Notes under the pieces: generated by a model
Seen by the model: only the letters and a program-made list of their open reading frames with translations
Databases searched by the model: none
Told to the model about the DNA's origin: nothing
Shown: in pieces, positions 1-8,912 of the stretch
Position numbering within the stretch: the first letter of the stretch is position 1
Layout of the letters: every line of letters begins with the position of its first letter
From: Clostridia bacterium
Lineage (GTDB): Bacteria; Bacillota; Clostridia; Oscillospirales; CAG-272
DNA length: 55,898 bases
Reading direction: 5' to 3'
NCBI GenBank assembly: GCA_017481225.1
Contig: JAFUPM010000038.1
Location: 1-55,898, forward strand
Translations under genes and position numbers: made by a program

Positions 1-200
1 TCAACTCTCTCCCCGCCGTCCATAACGTAGCCGTAACTCTGTACTCTCGGGGGGATTGCGCGGTACTCCTTGCCCGTGGCGCTTACGAATACCTTCTCGG
101 CAATCCTATCCGCGTCCACACCCGATATTCGGATAAGGGCAACCCCACCCTTGCCGGGTGGGGTGGATATTGCCGCTATTGTGTCGAAGTAACCCTGCAT
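1..200 (-). CDS. mnmE: tRNA modification GTPase MnmE, N-terminal part (runs off the window)
   Basis: Manual translation from ATG at 200 gives [27 protein letters not shown], the canonical MnmE N-terminus; it lies directly downstream of jag. Confidence 0.93.
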   Translation of the reverse strand, partial: MQGYFDTIAAISTPPGKGGVALIRISGVDADRIAEKVFVSATGKEYRAIPPRVQSYGYVMDGGERV

Positions 201-201
201 A

Positions 202-1260
202 TTACTGAAGGTCGAGGTCGTCCTCAACAACCTCGTCAGCGGGGCGAAGAGTCTCAACAGGCTCGTTAACGCTCTCCTCATCGTCGGAGGCGTGAGCAAT
301 CTCGTTTGCTACAAGCACTGCAGATGCGTCAATCTCCTCGTCGGGAGCGAACTCCTCTGCGAGGGGAGTCTTTTTCTCCTCCTCAAAGATGCCCTTGGGC
401 TTCTTGTCTGTAAGGAAAATGACAATCTTTCTGTTGTTGTCGGAGCCGATAGAGTTGGTGGAAACGCCCTCAATGTTCTGAATTTCAGAGTGAATGATGC
501 GGCGCTCGTATGCGCTCATAGGCTCGAGCATAACGCTTCTTCTGTTGCGAAGAGCCTTTGCCGCCATTCTTCTTGCAAGAGCTCTGAGAGTTTCCTCTCT
601 CTTCTTTCTGTAGCCCTCAATATCAATAGTAACGCGGCTCTTGTCGCGCTCGCCGTTTACATTCTTTCTCGCCGAAGCCAGGTTTGCAAGGTACTGAAGC
701 GCATCGAGAGTGTCGCCGTGGTGACCGATAAGCACAGATGCATCGTCGCCGACGATGGTAATTCTTCTTGTGCCGTCCTCGCAAGCGTAAAGCTCTGCGG
801 TAGCGGAAAGTCCGATATCGGAAAGCACGGTCTTTACGAAGTCGAAGGACATATCCTCGCCCTCGCCGACCTCGCGGCGCTCCATTTTAAGCTCAGCCTC
901 GGGGATAACCTCGCTTCTGGGCTTGGATACCTTCTCGACCTCCTCACAACGCTCTGCCTTCTTCTTCTCGGGACGTCTCTTTTTCTTCTTATGTGCGCCC
1001 TCGGGACGGCTTTCGCTTACCTCGCCCTCTGCCTTCTTGGGCGCGGGCTTCTCGTGTCTTTTGTTTCTTTCAACGGGGTCGGGCATCTCAATGAAGGCTC
1101 TGACCTTCGCGGGTCTTGACATAAAGCCGAAGAAGCCCTTGGTTCCCGCATCTATAATCTCAAACTGAACGTCCTCAAGCTCCCCTGCGCCAAGCGCTGC
1201 ACGGGCATTTTCCTTTGCCTCGAGAATGTCCTTTCCTACTGCTGTAATTTCTTTAATCAT
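202..1260 (-). CDS. jag: Jag/EloR/KhpB RNA-binding protein (Jag_N, KH, R3H) with acidic C-terminal tail
   Basis: KGFFG Jag_N motif, KH motif [14 protein letters not shown]3H motif ERRIIH; conserved position after yidC. Confidence 0.93.
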   Translation of the reverse strand: MIKEITAVGKDILEAKENARAALGAGELEDVQFEIIDAGTKGFFGFMSRPAKVRAFIEMPDPVERNKRHEKPAPKKAEGEVSESRPEGAHKKKKRRPEKKKAERCEEVEKVSKPRSEVIPEAELKMERREVGEGEDMSFDFVKTVLSDIGLSATAELYACEDGTRRITIVGDDASVLIGHHGDTLDALQYLANLASARKNVNGERDKSRVTIDIEGYRKKREETLRALARRMAAKALRNRRSVMLEPMSAYERRIIHSEIQNIEGVSTNSIGSDNNRKIVIFLTDKKPKGIFEEEKKTPLAEEFAPDEEIDASAVLVANEIAHASDDEESVNEPVETLRPADEVVEDDLDLQ

Positions 1261-1285
1261 TGTATAATAATCCTATCGTTCTGTC

Positions 1286-2365
1286 TTAGTCTTTAATATC
1301 GGGCATATCCATAGTGGAGCCTGACCTTTTGCCGCTGTCGTTACCCTTGGATTTGATTTCGGGAAGCTCGTCGTAATCGTCCTCGTCGATATAGTGGAGA
1401 GAACGGTACTTGGGAACCTCCTTAAGAGCTGCCTTCTGAGCCTTTTCAGCCGCCTTCTGCTGGCGCTTCATCTCCTTAAGCTCCTCCTCGGTGTACTTGG
1501 GAAGGGGCATTGCGCGGGAGAGTATGAAGGTCTGGAGAATTCCGAGCGCTGACTGATAAATCCAGTAAAGACCCAGCATACCCGAGAAGCCGAAGGCAAT
1601 GAACAGAGTCATCGCAGGCATAACAAGGTCCATCATTTTCAGAGAAGCCTGAGCCTGGGCGTCCTGACCCTGAACGGCGTTTGCATTGCCGTTCCACTTA
1701 CGGGAAAGGAACATAGAAAGCCAGGTGAGGGCTGCTGCGATAAGGGGTATAAGGGTAATCCAGGTAATGTTTGTAATGCTGGGGGTGGCTGCAAGGTTTA
1801 CACTGCCGAAAAGTGTGAAGTCGGGTCTGTTTGCAAGCTGCTCGGACCACTCGCCAAGCTGTGCTGCATTCTCTCCTGCGAGAAACTCGTTAATCTTGCC
1901 GATAAGCCCTATCTGGTCGATAGACTTGAAGTCGGCAAGCTTCTCTGCATTCGTAACTATCTGATGAATTTTCTGCACAGCCTCGTCACCGAGATTGCAG
2001 ATGTAGGAGAGAGGGTTTCTTATAATGTTGTAAAGGAAGATGATTATAGGAAGCTGAAGGAGCATAGGGAGACAACCGGAGAGGGGGCTGTAGCCTTCCT
2101 TCTGCTGGAACTCAAGAATCTCCTGCTGCATCTTCTGCTGGGTCGCCTGGTCGGTTCTTCCTTTGTATTTTGCCTTAATAAGCTCGATTTTAGGTGTGAG
2201 CTTTGCCATCTTGATCTGATTCTTCTGCTGCTTTATGGAGAAGGGAAGGAATACAATCTTGAAAAGCAAAGCATAAAGAAGCAATGCGAGGGCGTAGCTT
2301 CCTCCGAAGAGGTCGCTGAACCACGAGAGCATAGCTCCTATCCATTCGTAGAGAAAATCAAACAT
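1286..2365 (-). CDS. yidC: Membrane protein insertase YidC/Oxa1
   Basis: PFSIKQQK, GCLPMLLQLPI and LGLYW motifs; operon context. Confidence 0.93.
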   Translation of the reverse strand: MFDFLYEWIGAMLSWFSDLFGGSYALALLLYALLFKIVFLPFSIKQQKNQIKMAKLTPKIELIKAKYKGRTDQATQQKMQQEILEFQQKEGYSPLSGCLPMLLQLPIIIFLYNIIRNPLSYICNLGDEAVQKIHQIVTNAEKLADFKSIDQIGLIGKINEFLAGENAAQLGEWSEQLANRPDFTLFGSVNLAATPSITNITWITLIPLIAAALTWLSMFLSRKWNGNANAVQGQDAQAQASLKMMDLVMPAMTLFIAFGFSGMLGLYWIYQSALGILQTFILSRAMPLPKYTEEELKEMKRQQKAAEKAQKAALKEVPKYRSLHYIDEDDYDELPEIKSKGNDSGKRSGSTMDMPDIKD

Positions 2366-2402
2366 TTTATTTTTCCTTTAATTCTTTTGTTTGTCGGCAC
2401 CG

Positions 2403-2660
2403 TCAGCGCGCCTCTTCATCACGCATCTTTCTTTTAGACCTTTCTCCGCGCTCGGGAACAGGGTCGTAGCCGCCCTTAGAGAAGGGGTTACAACGCAAAA
2501 TTCTCCACACGGTAAGCCCAAACCCCACGAAAAAGCCTCGTTTCGTAAATGCCTCAATGGCATAGGTTGAGCAGGACGGTGTAAACCTGCAGCAGGGGGG
2601 CTTCAGGGGGGAAATAAATTTTTTGTAGAGGCGTATGAGCCATATCATCACGTGCTTCAT
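2403..2660 (-). CDS. yidD: Membrane protein insertion efficiency factor YidD
   Basis: [11 protein letters not shown]...RILRCNPF...GGYDPVP signature. Confidence 0.95.
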   Translation of the reverse strand: MKHVMIWLIRLYKKFISPLKPPCCRFTPSCSTYAIEAFTKRGFFVGFGLTVWRILRCNPFSKGGYDPVPERGERSKRKMRDEEAR

Positions 2661-3034
2661 TGGCTGAACATACCGAGCTTTTCAAACGCACCCTTTAGCT
2701 GGTGCTTGATATCGTCGCTCTTCATATTAACCGCCGAGGACCGCGCCGCGATAACGATAAGGTAGCCGACCTTAAGAGGTCTTTCCTTCTCCAGCGCGCG
2801 GAGTCCCTCTCGCAGTATTCTGCGAACACGGCTGCGCACTACGGCGCCTCCGAGCTTTGTGGATACGGTCAAGCCAATTCTGTTGACCGTTATCTTCTGT
2901 GGGTGAGCTTTCGCAAGTCGCTTTGCCCCATAGTCGGGCAGAACGTAAACGGCAAGAGCCGACGTCACAGCTCTCTTGCCCTTCGAATACGCCTTGGAAT
3001 ACAGATGATTTTCACATATTGCAGAGAATTTCAT
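2657..3034 (-). CDS. rnpA: Ribonuclease P protein component
   Basis: [21 protein letters not shown] is a variant of the RNR motif; it lies between rpmH and yidD. Confidence 0.92.
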   Translation of the reverse strand: MKFSAICENHLYSKAYSKGKRAVTSALAVYVLPDYGAKRLAKAHPQKITVNRIGLTVSTKLGGAVVRSRVRRILREGLRALEKERPLKVGYLIVIAARSSAVNMKSDDIKHQLKGAFEKLGMFSQ

Positions 3035-3117
3035 ATTCCGTATTCCTCCGTTCCGTGTCCCGAGGACACAATAATAGTCGGGGACGGTTATGCCGTCGCC
3101 TCCCCGATAGGCGAATT

Positions 3118-3164
3118 AAAACCTCCGATAAAGTCGGCAAACTGAGCGCTTTATCGGAGGTTTT
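3118..3164. terminator. Hairpin between rpmH and rnpA (terminator or attenuator-like)
   Basis: 16-bp inverted repeat AAAACCTCCGATAAAG / CTTTATCGGAGGTTTT. Confidence 0.55.
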
Positions 3165-3198
3165 TATAGCCATGCGGCCATCAAATCATAAGACTTGA

Positions 3199-3333
3199 TT
3201 AATAGGTGAGCTTAGCTCTACCCTTGGCGCGTCTTCTCTTAAGAACTTTTCTGCCGTTAGCGGTTGCCATTCTTTTTCTGAAGCCATGCTCCTTTTTTCT
3301 CTGTCTCTTCTTGGGCTGATATGTTCTCTTCAT
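3199..3333 (-). CDS. rpmH: 50S ribosomal protein L34 (44 aa, missing from the ORF track)
   Basis: Manual translation [44 protein letters not shown]; GGAGG RBS. Confidence 0.97.
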   Translation of the reverse strand: MKRTYQPKKRQRKKEHGFRKRMATANGRKVLKRRRAKGRAKLTY

Positions 3334-3415
3334 GGTGCACCTCCTTGTTCAAATTGTAATAACGTCGCGGGCAAATTTATGCCCGTCAGTGCGTATTCAT
3401 ACGAAAGCAGAGTAT

Positions 3416-3444
3416 ATTATATCCTAATTTTATCCTTTTGTCAA
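3416..3444 (-). promoter_or_regulatory. Sigma-A promoter for the rpmH operon
   Basis: Perfect TTGACA-N17-TATAAT on the minus strand. Confidence 0.85.
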
Positions 3445-3537
3445 GAGAAAAATCAAAAAACTTTCTATATAATAATAATGAATAATAAAAATCATTTGTA
3501 TAAAACGGAGAAAATAGTAAAAACACCCCCTCCGTAC

Positions 3538-3566
3538 TTGACAATTCCCTCTGTTTCTGTTAAAAT
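3538..3566 (+). promoter_or_regulatory. Sigma-A promoter for hpt-mtaB
   Basis: TTGACA-N17-TAAAAT with an extended TG. Confidence 0.8.
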
Positions 3567-3603
3567 TAAGGTTGTATAATTTTGTGACGTCGGGAGATGT
3601 GTT

Positions 3604-4155
3604 ATGATAAATAAGGATATTGACAAGGTGCTTATATCCGAGGGAGAGCTTGACGCCGCGGTTTCAAGACTTGCGGAGGAAATCAGCCGCGATTACGCAG
3701 GCGAGGATAAAAAGCTCGTTCTTCTCTGTATACTTAAGGGCTCCATAGTATTTATGGGCGACCTTATGAAAAAGCTTACGGTTCCCCTTGAGATAGACTG
3801 TATGCGCGTTTCCTCATACGGCGCGGGTACTCAGTCCTCGGGAAACGTCAATATCGTCTTGGACCTTATAAGACCTGACCTTGAGGAGTGCGACGTGCTT
3901 ATCGTTGAGGACATCATCGACAGCGGCAGAACCCTCTCCTACCTTATGAAGTACCTTACTCATAAGGGCGTAAAGAGCGTCAGAACCTGCACCCTTCTCG
4001 ACAAGCCCTCTCGCAGAGTAGTTGATTTCACCCCCGATTACGTAGGATTTGAGATACCCGACGAGTTCGTGGTGGGCTACGGACTTGACTATGCAGAGAG
4101 ATACCGCGCGCTGCCCTACGTAGGTGTACTCAAGCCCGAGGTTTACTCGGATTAA
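3604..4155 (+). CDS. hpt: Hypoxanthine phosphoribosyltransferase
   Basis: PRPP-binding motif VLIVEDIIDSGRTL and FVVGYGLDY. Confidence 0.95.
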   Translation: MINKDIDKVLISEGELDAAVSRLAEEISRDYAGEDKKLVLLCILKGSIVFMGDLMKKLTVPLEIDCMRVSSYGAGTQSSGNVNIVLDLIRPDLEECDVLIVEDIIDSGRTLSYLMKYLTHKGVKSVRTCTLLDKPSRRVVDFTPDYVGFEIPDEFVVGYGLDYAERYRALPYVGVLKPEVYSD

Positions 4156-4156
4156 A

Positions 4157-5668
4157 ATGTATAAGGTTGGTTTATACACCCTCGGCTGCAAGGTTTCAAG
4201 CTATGAGACCGAGGCTGTGGCGGAGGAGTTCAGTCGGCGCGGCTTTCTGGTGCGGGACTTTTCCGAGGTGTGCGACGTTTACGTTATAAACACCTGCACC
4301 GTTACCGCCGAAAGTGATGCGAAATCCAGGAAATATATTCGCCGCGCTATAAGGAAGAACCCCGAAGGGCTGGTGCTTGTTATGGGCTGCTACAGCCAGC
4401 GCGCCCCCGAGGAGGTATCCGCCATAGAGGGCGTTGCGGCAGTTGTCGGAACGGCGGACAAGCTGTCTTTAGTGCCTATCGCCGAGAGGCTGCTCGGGGA
4501 GAAAGAAGCGAAAAAGCGCGACACGGGTGCCGCATTTAGTGTAGAAAAGTTTGAAAAATGCGACGAAATGCAACCGCCCTCGGAGGAAAAGCTTTCGGGC
4601 GGAGATAGAAGCTGTGCGCATATTGCTGCAGGACGCTCTAGCGGTGACGGCAGCAAATTACAAGCTGAAGATAATTCCTATGATGGAGATAGAGTAGCGG
4701 CACCGACCGTGGAAAAGCTCCCCATAGTAAACGTCGGCTCGCTCGACGGGGCGACCTTTGAGAAAATGTGTATCGAGCACGCTCCGAGGACACGCGGTTA
4801 CGTTAAAATAGAGGACGGCTGCGAGTGCAAATGCACCTATTGCGCCATTGCGGCGGCGAGAGGTCCCGTCCGTTCGAAGCTGCCTGATGAGGTAATAGCC
4901 GAGGTCAAGGGACTTTACTCCCGAGGTACTCGCGAGGTTGTACTTACAGGTATTGAAACGGGCTCTTACGGTGCGGACTTCGACGAGGAATACACGCTTT
5001 CCGACCTGCTTTGTGAGCTTGACCGCATAGGTGCCTGCGACAGAATTCGCTTGGGCTCTATGGCGCCTGAGCTTATCGGTGAGAAATTCATTACGAAGGT
5101 GAAGGACCTTAAAATACTGGTTCCTCATTTCCACGTTTCGATGCAGTCGGGCTCAAGCTCGGTGCTGAAGGGTATGAAGCGCCGATATACGCGAGAGCGC
5201 GCACTGGAGAACCTCACGAGAATAAGAGAATATATACCCGACGTTACATTTACCGCCGACCTTATGGTTGGCTTCCCCGGGGAGAGCGAGGAGGACTTTT
5301 TGGAGACTGTCAGCTTCGTCAGAGAGGCAGAGCTTCTTGATGCTCACGTTTTCGCCTACTCAAAGAGGGTAGGCACTCCCGCAGCACAGAGAGCCGACCA
5401 GGTTCCCGAGGACGTAAAGCACGACAGAAGCGCAAGGCTTATCGCCGTCAAAAACGAGGTGCGCGACAGTGTGCTTTCGGGTATTGTTAAAAGAGGCAGG
5501 CCCTTGTCGGTGGTTTTCGAGACGAAGCGAGGGCGGCTCTATACAGGGCACAGCGATTCCTACGTGGAGGTTGTCTGTGAGGCTATGCGAGACGTTCGCG
5601 GCGAGATATGCGAGGTTATCCCGACAAGCTTTAACGACGGCAAAATCGTCGGTGTTTTGAAGGAATAA
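4157..5668 (+). CDS. mtaB: tRNA t6A37 methylthiotransferase MtaB (radical SAM) with a long linker insertion
   Basis: TLGCKV and INTCTVT (UPF0004), CxxxCxxC as CECKCTYC, RGPVRS, MVGFPGE; start moved to the ATG at 4157. Confidence 0.88.
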   Translation: MYKVGLYTLGCKVSSYETEAVAEEFSRRGFLVRDFSEVCDVYVINTCTVTAESDAKSRKYIRRAIRKNPEGLVLVMGCYSQRAPEEVSAIEGVAAVVGTADKLSLVPIAERLLGEKEAKKRDTGAAFSVEKFEKCDEMQPPSEEKLSGGDRSCAHIAAGRSSGDGSKLQAEDNSYDGDRVAAPTVEKLPIVNVGSLDGATFEKMCIEHAPRTRGYVKIEDGCECKCTYCAIAAARGPVRSKLPDEVIAEVKGLYSRGTREVVLTGIETGSYGADFDEEYTLSDLLCELDRIGACDRIRLGSMAPELIGEKFITKVKDLKILVPHFHVSMQSGSSSVLKGMKRRYTRERALENLTRIREYIPDVTFTADLMVGFPGESEEDFLETVSFVREAELLDAHVFAYSKRVGTPAAQRADQVPEDVKHDRSARLIAVKNEVRDSVLSGIVKRGRPLSVVFETKRGRLYTGHSDSYVEVVCEAMRDVRGEICEVIPTSFNDGKIVGVLKE

Positions 5669-5780
5669 TGCGCGGAAAAACCGTGAAGGTCAAACTGTTA
5701 AGCAGTGTGTAAAAAATAGCCGAATTTAGGCTGAAAATATAACTAAAGTTTACAAAAAGACAATTAAATAGAGGTGTAAA

Positions 5781-7172
5781 ATGAAAAACACAGAAAAGAC
5801 AATGGACAAAGTTGTCGCACTTTGCAAAAATCGCGGCTTCATTTTCCCCGGCTCCGAAATTTACGGTGGCCTTGCTAACTCCTGGGATTACGGTCCTCTC
5901 GGCGTTGAGTTCAAGAACAACGTAAAGCGCGCTTGGTGGAAAAAATTCGTGCAGGAATCCCGCTACAACGTAGGACTTGATTCCGCTATCATTATGAACC
6001 CTGAGGCTTGGGTTGCATCGGGTCACGTTGGCGGCTTCTCCGACCCCCTTATGGACTGCAAGGGCTGTAAGGCGCGCCACAGAGCAGACAAGCTCATTGA
6101 GGAATATGCGTTCGCAAACGGCCTTGACGATAACCCCGCAGGCTGGAGCTTTTCCGAAATGGCAGATTACATCAAGCAGAAGGGCATAACTTGCCCCGAT
6201 TGCGGCGGTAAGGACTTCACCGACATCAAGAAGTTCAACCTTATGTTCAAAACCTTTATAGGTGTAACCGAGGACTCCACCAATACCGTTTACCTTCGTC
6301 CCGAGACGGCTCAGGGTATCTTTGTAAACTTCAACTCCGTACAGAGAGCATCGAGAAAGAAGCTCCCCTTCGGTGTTGCGCAGATTGGTAAGTCCTTCAG
6401 AAACGAGATTACCCCCGGTAACTTTATCTTCCGCACCAGAGAGTTCGAGCAGATGGAGCTTGAGTTCTTCTGCAAGCCCGGCACCGACCTTGAGTGGTTC
6501 GCATATTGGAAGGACTACTGCCACAAGTGGCTCCTTAACCTTGGTATGAGAGAGGAAAACCTCAGACTCCGCGACCATGACCCCGATGAGCTTTGCTTCT
6601 ACTCTAAGGCTACCACCGACTTCGAGTTCCTCTTCCCCTTCGGCTGGGGCGAGCTTTGGGGCGTTGCTGACAGAACCGACTACGACCTCGGTCAGCACCA
6701 GACCCACTCGGGCAAGGATATGACATACTTCGACCAGGAGACGGGCGAGCATTATATTCCCTACGTTATCGAGCCCTCCCTCGGTGCTGACAGAGTTGCG
6801 CTTGCCTTCCTCGTTGATGCTTATGACGAGGAGACTATCGGCGAGGGCGACGTTCGTACCGTTCTTCACCTTCACCCCGCACTTGCTCCCATTAAGGCTG
6901 CGGTTCTTCCTCTCTCCAAGAAGCTCTCCGAGAAGGCTCTCGAGCTTTACGACGAGCTTGCAAAGGAGTTCGCAGTTGACTTTGACGAGACGGGCTCTAT
7001 CGGTAAAAGATACCGCCGCGAGGACGAAATTGGTACTCCCTTCTGCATTACCTACGACTTCGATACCGAAAACGACGGCTGCGTAACCGTTCGTGACAGA
7101 GACACGATGGAGCAGGTAAGAATTCCTCTCGCCGATGTCAGAAGCTACATCAGAGAGAAGCTTGAGTTCTAA
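5781..7172 (+). CDS. glyQS: Glycyl-tRNA synthetase, alpha2 homodimeric type
   Basis: [38 protein letters not shown], anticodon domain GSIGKRYRR. Confidence 0.96.
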   Translation: MKNTEKTMDKVVALCKNRGFIFPGSEIYGGLANSWDYGPLGVEFKNNVKRAWWKKFVQESRYNVGLDSAIIMNPEAWVASGHVGGFSDPLMDCKGCKARHRADKLIEEYAFANGLDDNPAGWSFSEMADYIKQKGITCPDCGGKDFTDIKKFNLMFKTFIGVTEDSTNTVYLRPETAQGIFVNFNSVQRASRKKLPFGVAQIGKSFRNEITPGNFIFRTREFEQMELEFFCKPGTDLEWFAYWKDYCHKWLLNLGMREENLRLRDHDPDELCFYSKATTDFEFLFPFGWGELWGVADRTDYDLGQHQTHSGKDMTYFDQETGEHYIPYVIEPSLGADRVALAFLVDAYDEETIGEGDVRTVLHLHPALAPIKAAVLPLSKKLSEKALELYDELAKEFAVDFDETGSIGKRYRREDEIGTPFCITYDFDTENDGCVTVRDRDTMEQVRIPLADVRSYIREKLEF

Positions 7173-7184
7173 TACAAACTTTTG

Positions 7185-7213
7185 AAGGGTTGCCGCTTAG
7201 CGCGCAACCCTTT
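7185..7213 (+). terminator. Putative terminator after glyQS
   Basis: AAGGGTTGC...GCAACCCTT stem with a short T run. Confidence 0.55.
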
Positions 7214-7325
7214 GAATATAAGCAAAATGCACGAAAATGTAAATATAGGTTTTCAAATACCTTGTATTTTGACAAAAAACAGGTTCGAAAGGTTCTAACC
7301 TTCTGAACAAAAAAGGAGACGGATA

Positions 7326-7790
7326 ATGTCGGAAGTAAAAAAGATTGCTTCGTTCACCGTTGACCACGATAAGCTGACCGAGGGAATATACGTTTCCAGA
7401 GTTGACGGTGACGTTACAACCTACGATATGCGGACACGTGTCCCAAATTCGGGGGTTTATATGGATAATCTCACAATGCACTCCGTAGAGCATATGTTTG
7501 CGACCTACGTTCGTTCAAGCTCTATTGGCAACAGGGTAATTTACTTTGGACCTATGGGGTGCCAGACGGGCTTTTACCTGCTTGTCAGAGATGCCGAAAA
7601 TGCCGAAATTCTGGACACTGTCAAGGACGTACTCGCTAAAATTATCAATCACGAGGGCGAAATGTTTGGAGCCGTAAGACGTGAGTGCGGCAATTACAAA
7701 AACCTGGATTTAGACTCTGCTAAGGCAGAGTGCAGAAGATATCTTGCTATCCTCGAGTCTCGGGCTTGGGATTTTAAATACGAGGAGTAG
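7326..7790 (+). CDS. luxS: S-ribosylhomocysteine lyase LuxS
   Basis: SFTVDH, HSVEH (HxxEH), GPMGCQTGFY, CGNY. Confidence 0.95.
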   Translation: MSEVKKIASFTVDHDKLTEGIYVSRVDGDVTTYDMRTRVPNSGVYMDNLTMHSVEHMFATYVRSSSIGNRVIYFGPMGCQTGFYLLVRDAENAEILDTVKDVLAKIINHEGEMFGAVRRECGNYKNLDLDSAKAECRRYLAILESRAWDFKYEE

Positions 7791-7812
7791 TTGTACTTCG
7801 GAAAGGAAAGAT

Positions 7813-8508
7813 ATGAAGGTTGATATAGGAATTATCGGCGCGATGGAGCCCGAGGTTTTCGGACTTCTTGAGAAGCTTGATGGCGCGGCGTGCGAAACCG
7901 TAAGCGGCATATCCTTTTATACGGGAACACTTCTCGGCAAGAGGGTGGCAATAGCCAAGTGCGGTATCGGCAAGGTGTTTGCCGCCGTTTGTGCCGAGGT
8001 TATGATACTTAAATATTCACCGAGCCTTATAGTGAATACCGGTGTTGGCGGTGCGCTTTCGGGCGGTCTTACTACGGGTGATATAGTTATAGCCCGCGAC
8101 CTCGTTCAGCACGATATGGACACCTCAGCGATAGGCGACCCCAAGGGACTTGTCTCGGGTATAAACAAAATTTATTTTGAAGCTGATATGAGGGCGTCCG
8201 ACATTCTTTTAAGCTCTGCTCGGGCTTTAGGTCTTCGCGCGACTGTCGGTAGGATTGCGTCGGGCGATAAATTTATCGCATCGGCTGAGGATAAAAGCCG
8301 TATCGTCTCGGAATTTGGAGCCGACGTTTGCGAAATGGAGGGCTGCGCTGTTGCCCAGACTGCCTTTATAAACGGCACACCCTTTGCGGTTGTGCGCGCA
8401 ATATCCGACTCCGCCGACGGTGAGGCAACCATGGACTACCCCACGTTCCTTCCCATTGCGGCGAAAAACTCCACAGAGCTTACTCTCGCCCTTGTTAAGG
8501 AATATTAA
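7813..8508 (+). CDS. mtnN: 5'-methylthioadenosine/S-adenosylhomocysteine nucleosidase
   Basis: IGIIGAMEPE, CGIGKV, CEMEG, VRAISD; start moved to the ATG at 7813 (AAGGA RBS). Confidence 0.94.
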   Translation: MKVDIGIIGAMEPEVFGLLEKLDGAACETVSGISFYTGTLLGKRVAIAKCGIGKVFAAVCAEVMILKYSPSLIVNTGVGGALSGGLTTGDIVIARDLVQHDMDTSAIGDPKGLVSGINKIYFEADMRASDILLSSARALGLRATVGRIASGDKFIASAEDKSRIVSEFGADVCEMEGCAVAQTAFINGTPFAVVRAISDSADGEATMDYPTFLPIAAKNSTELTLALVKEY

Positions 8509-8771
8509 GGTTTGCTTTCTTTGGGTGCGGGCAGATAGTATAGGTTCGTCTTTGCTTTGTGTTTATTGATGGTTACTGATATATACTTTTTCCTTAGCTG
8601 TTATTCTAAAATGGCTTGCTTTTACGGAAGCCTTACTACGCACAGTATAGGAAGGGCACGTTTGCCTGAACGGAAAAATACAGTATAAAAACCCCGAAAA
8701 ATATAACAAAACAACGATGACGAACCCAAAATGGCACCAATTTTTGTATTTTTGGATTAGCAATATTTAAG

Positions 8772-8804
8772 AAAAAAGAACGGAAAGCTCTTCCGTTCTT
8801 TTTT
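8772..8804. terminator. Bidirectional intrinsic terminator between convergent mtnN and helicase
   Basis: AAAAAAGAACGGAA-agctc-TTCCGTTCTTTTTT. Confidence 0.8.
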
Positions 8805-8912
8805 GTTTTTGGTTTTCTTATTCGCTTGGAGTATGTTCTTTTGTTTTTGCTTTTTGGTTTTTGCTTTTGTATTTGTGCTCATGCCTGTTTTGCAGCTAAT
8901 CAAAAAGGCGAG

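Noticed and set aside
5669-5780. T-box riboswitch upstream of glyQS
   Set aside because: The gap is only about 110 bp and has no T-box consensus or terminator.
5631-6875. Long antisense ORFs (414 aa opposite glyQS; also 292-1119, 27506-28228, 52077-52715 and others)
   Set aside because: They are shadows of well-supported genes caused by codon bias, with no recognisable motifs.
8509-8912. Short ORFs and T-rich tracts between mtnN and the helicase
   Set aside because: This is low-complexity intergenic DNA around a bidirectional terminator with no convincing RBS or motif.
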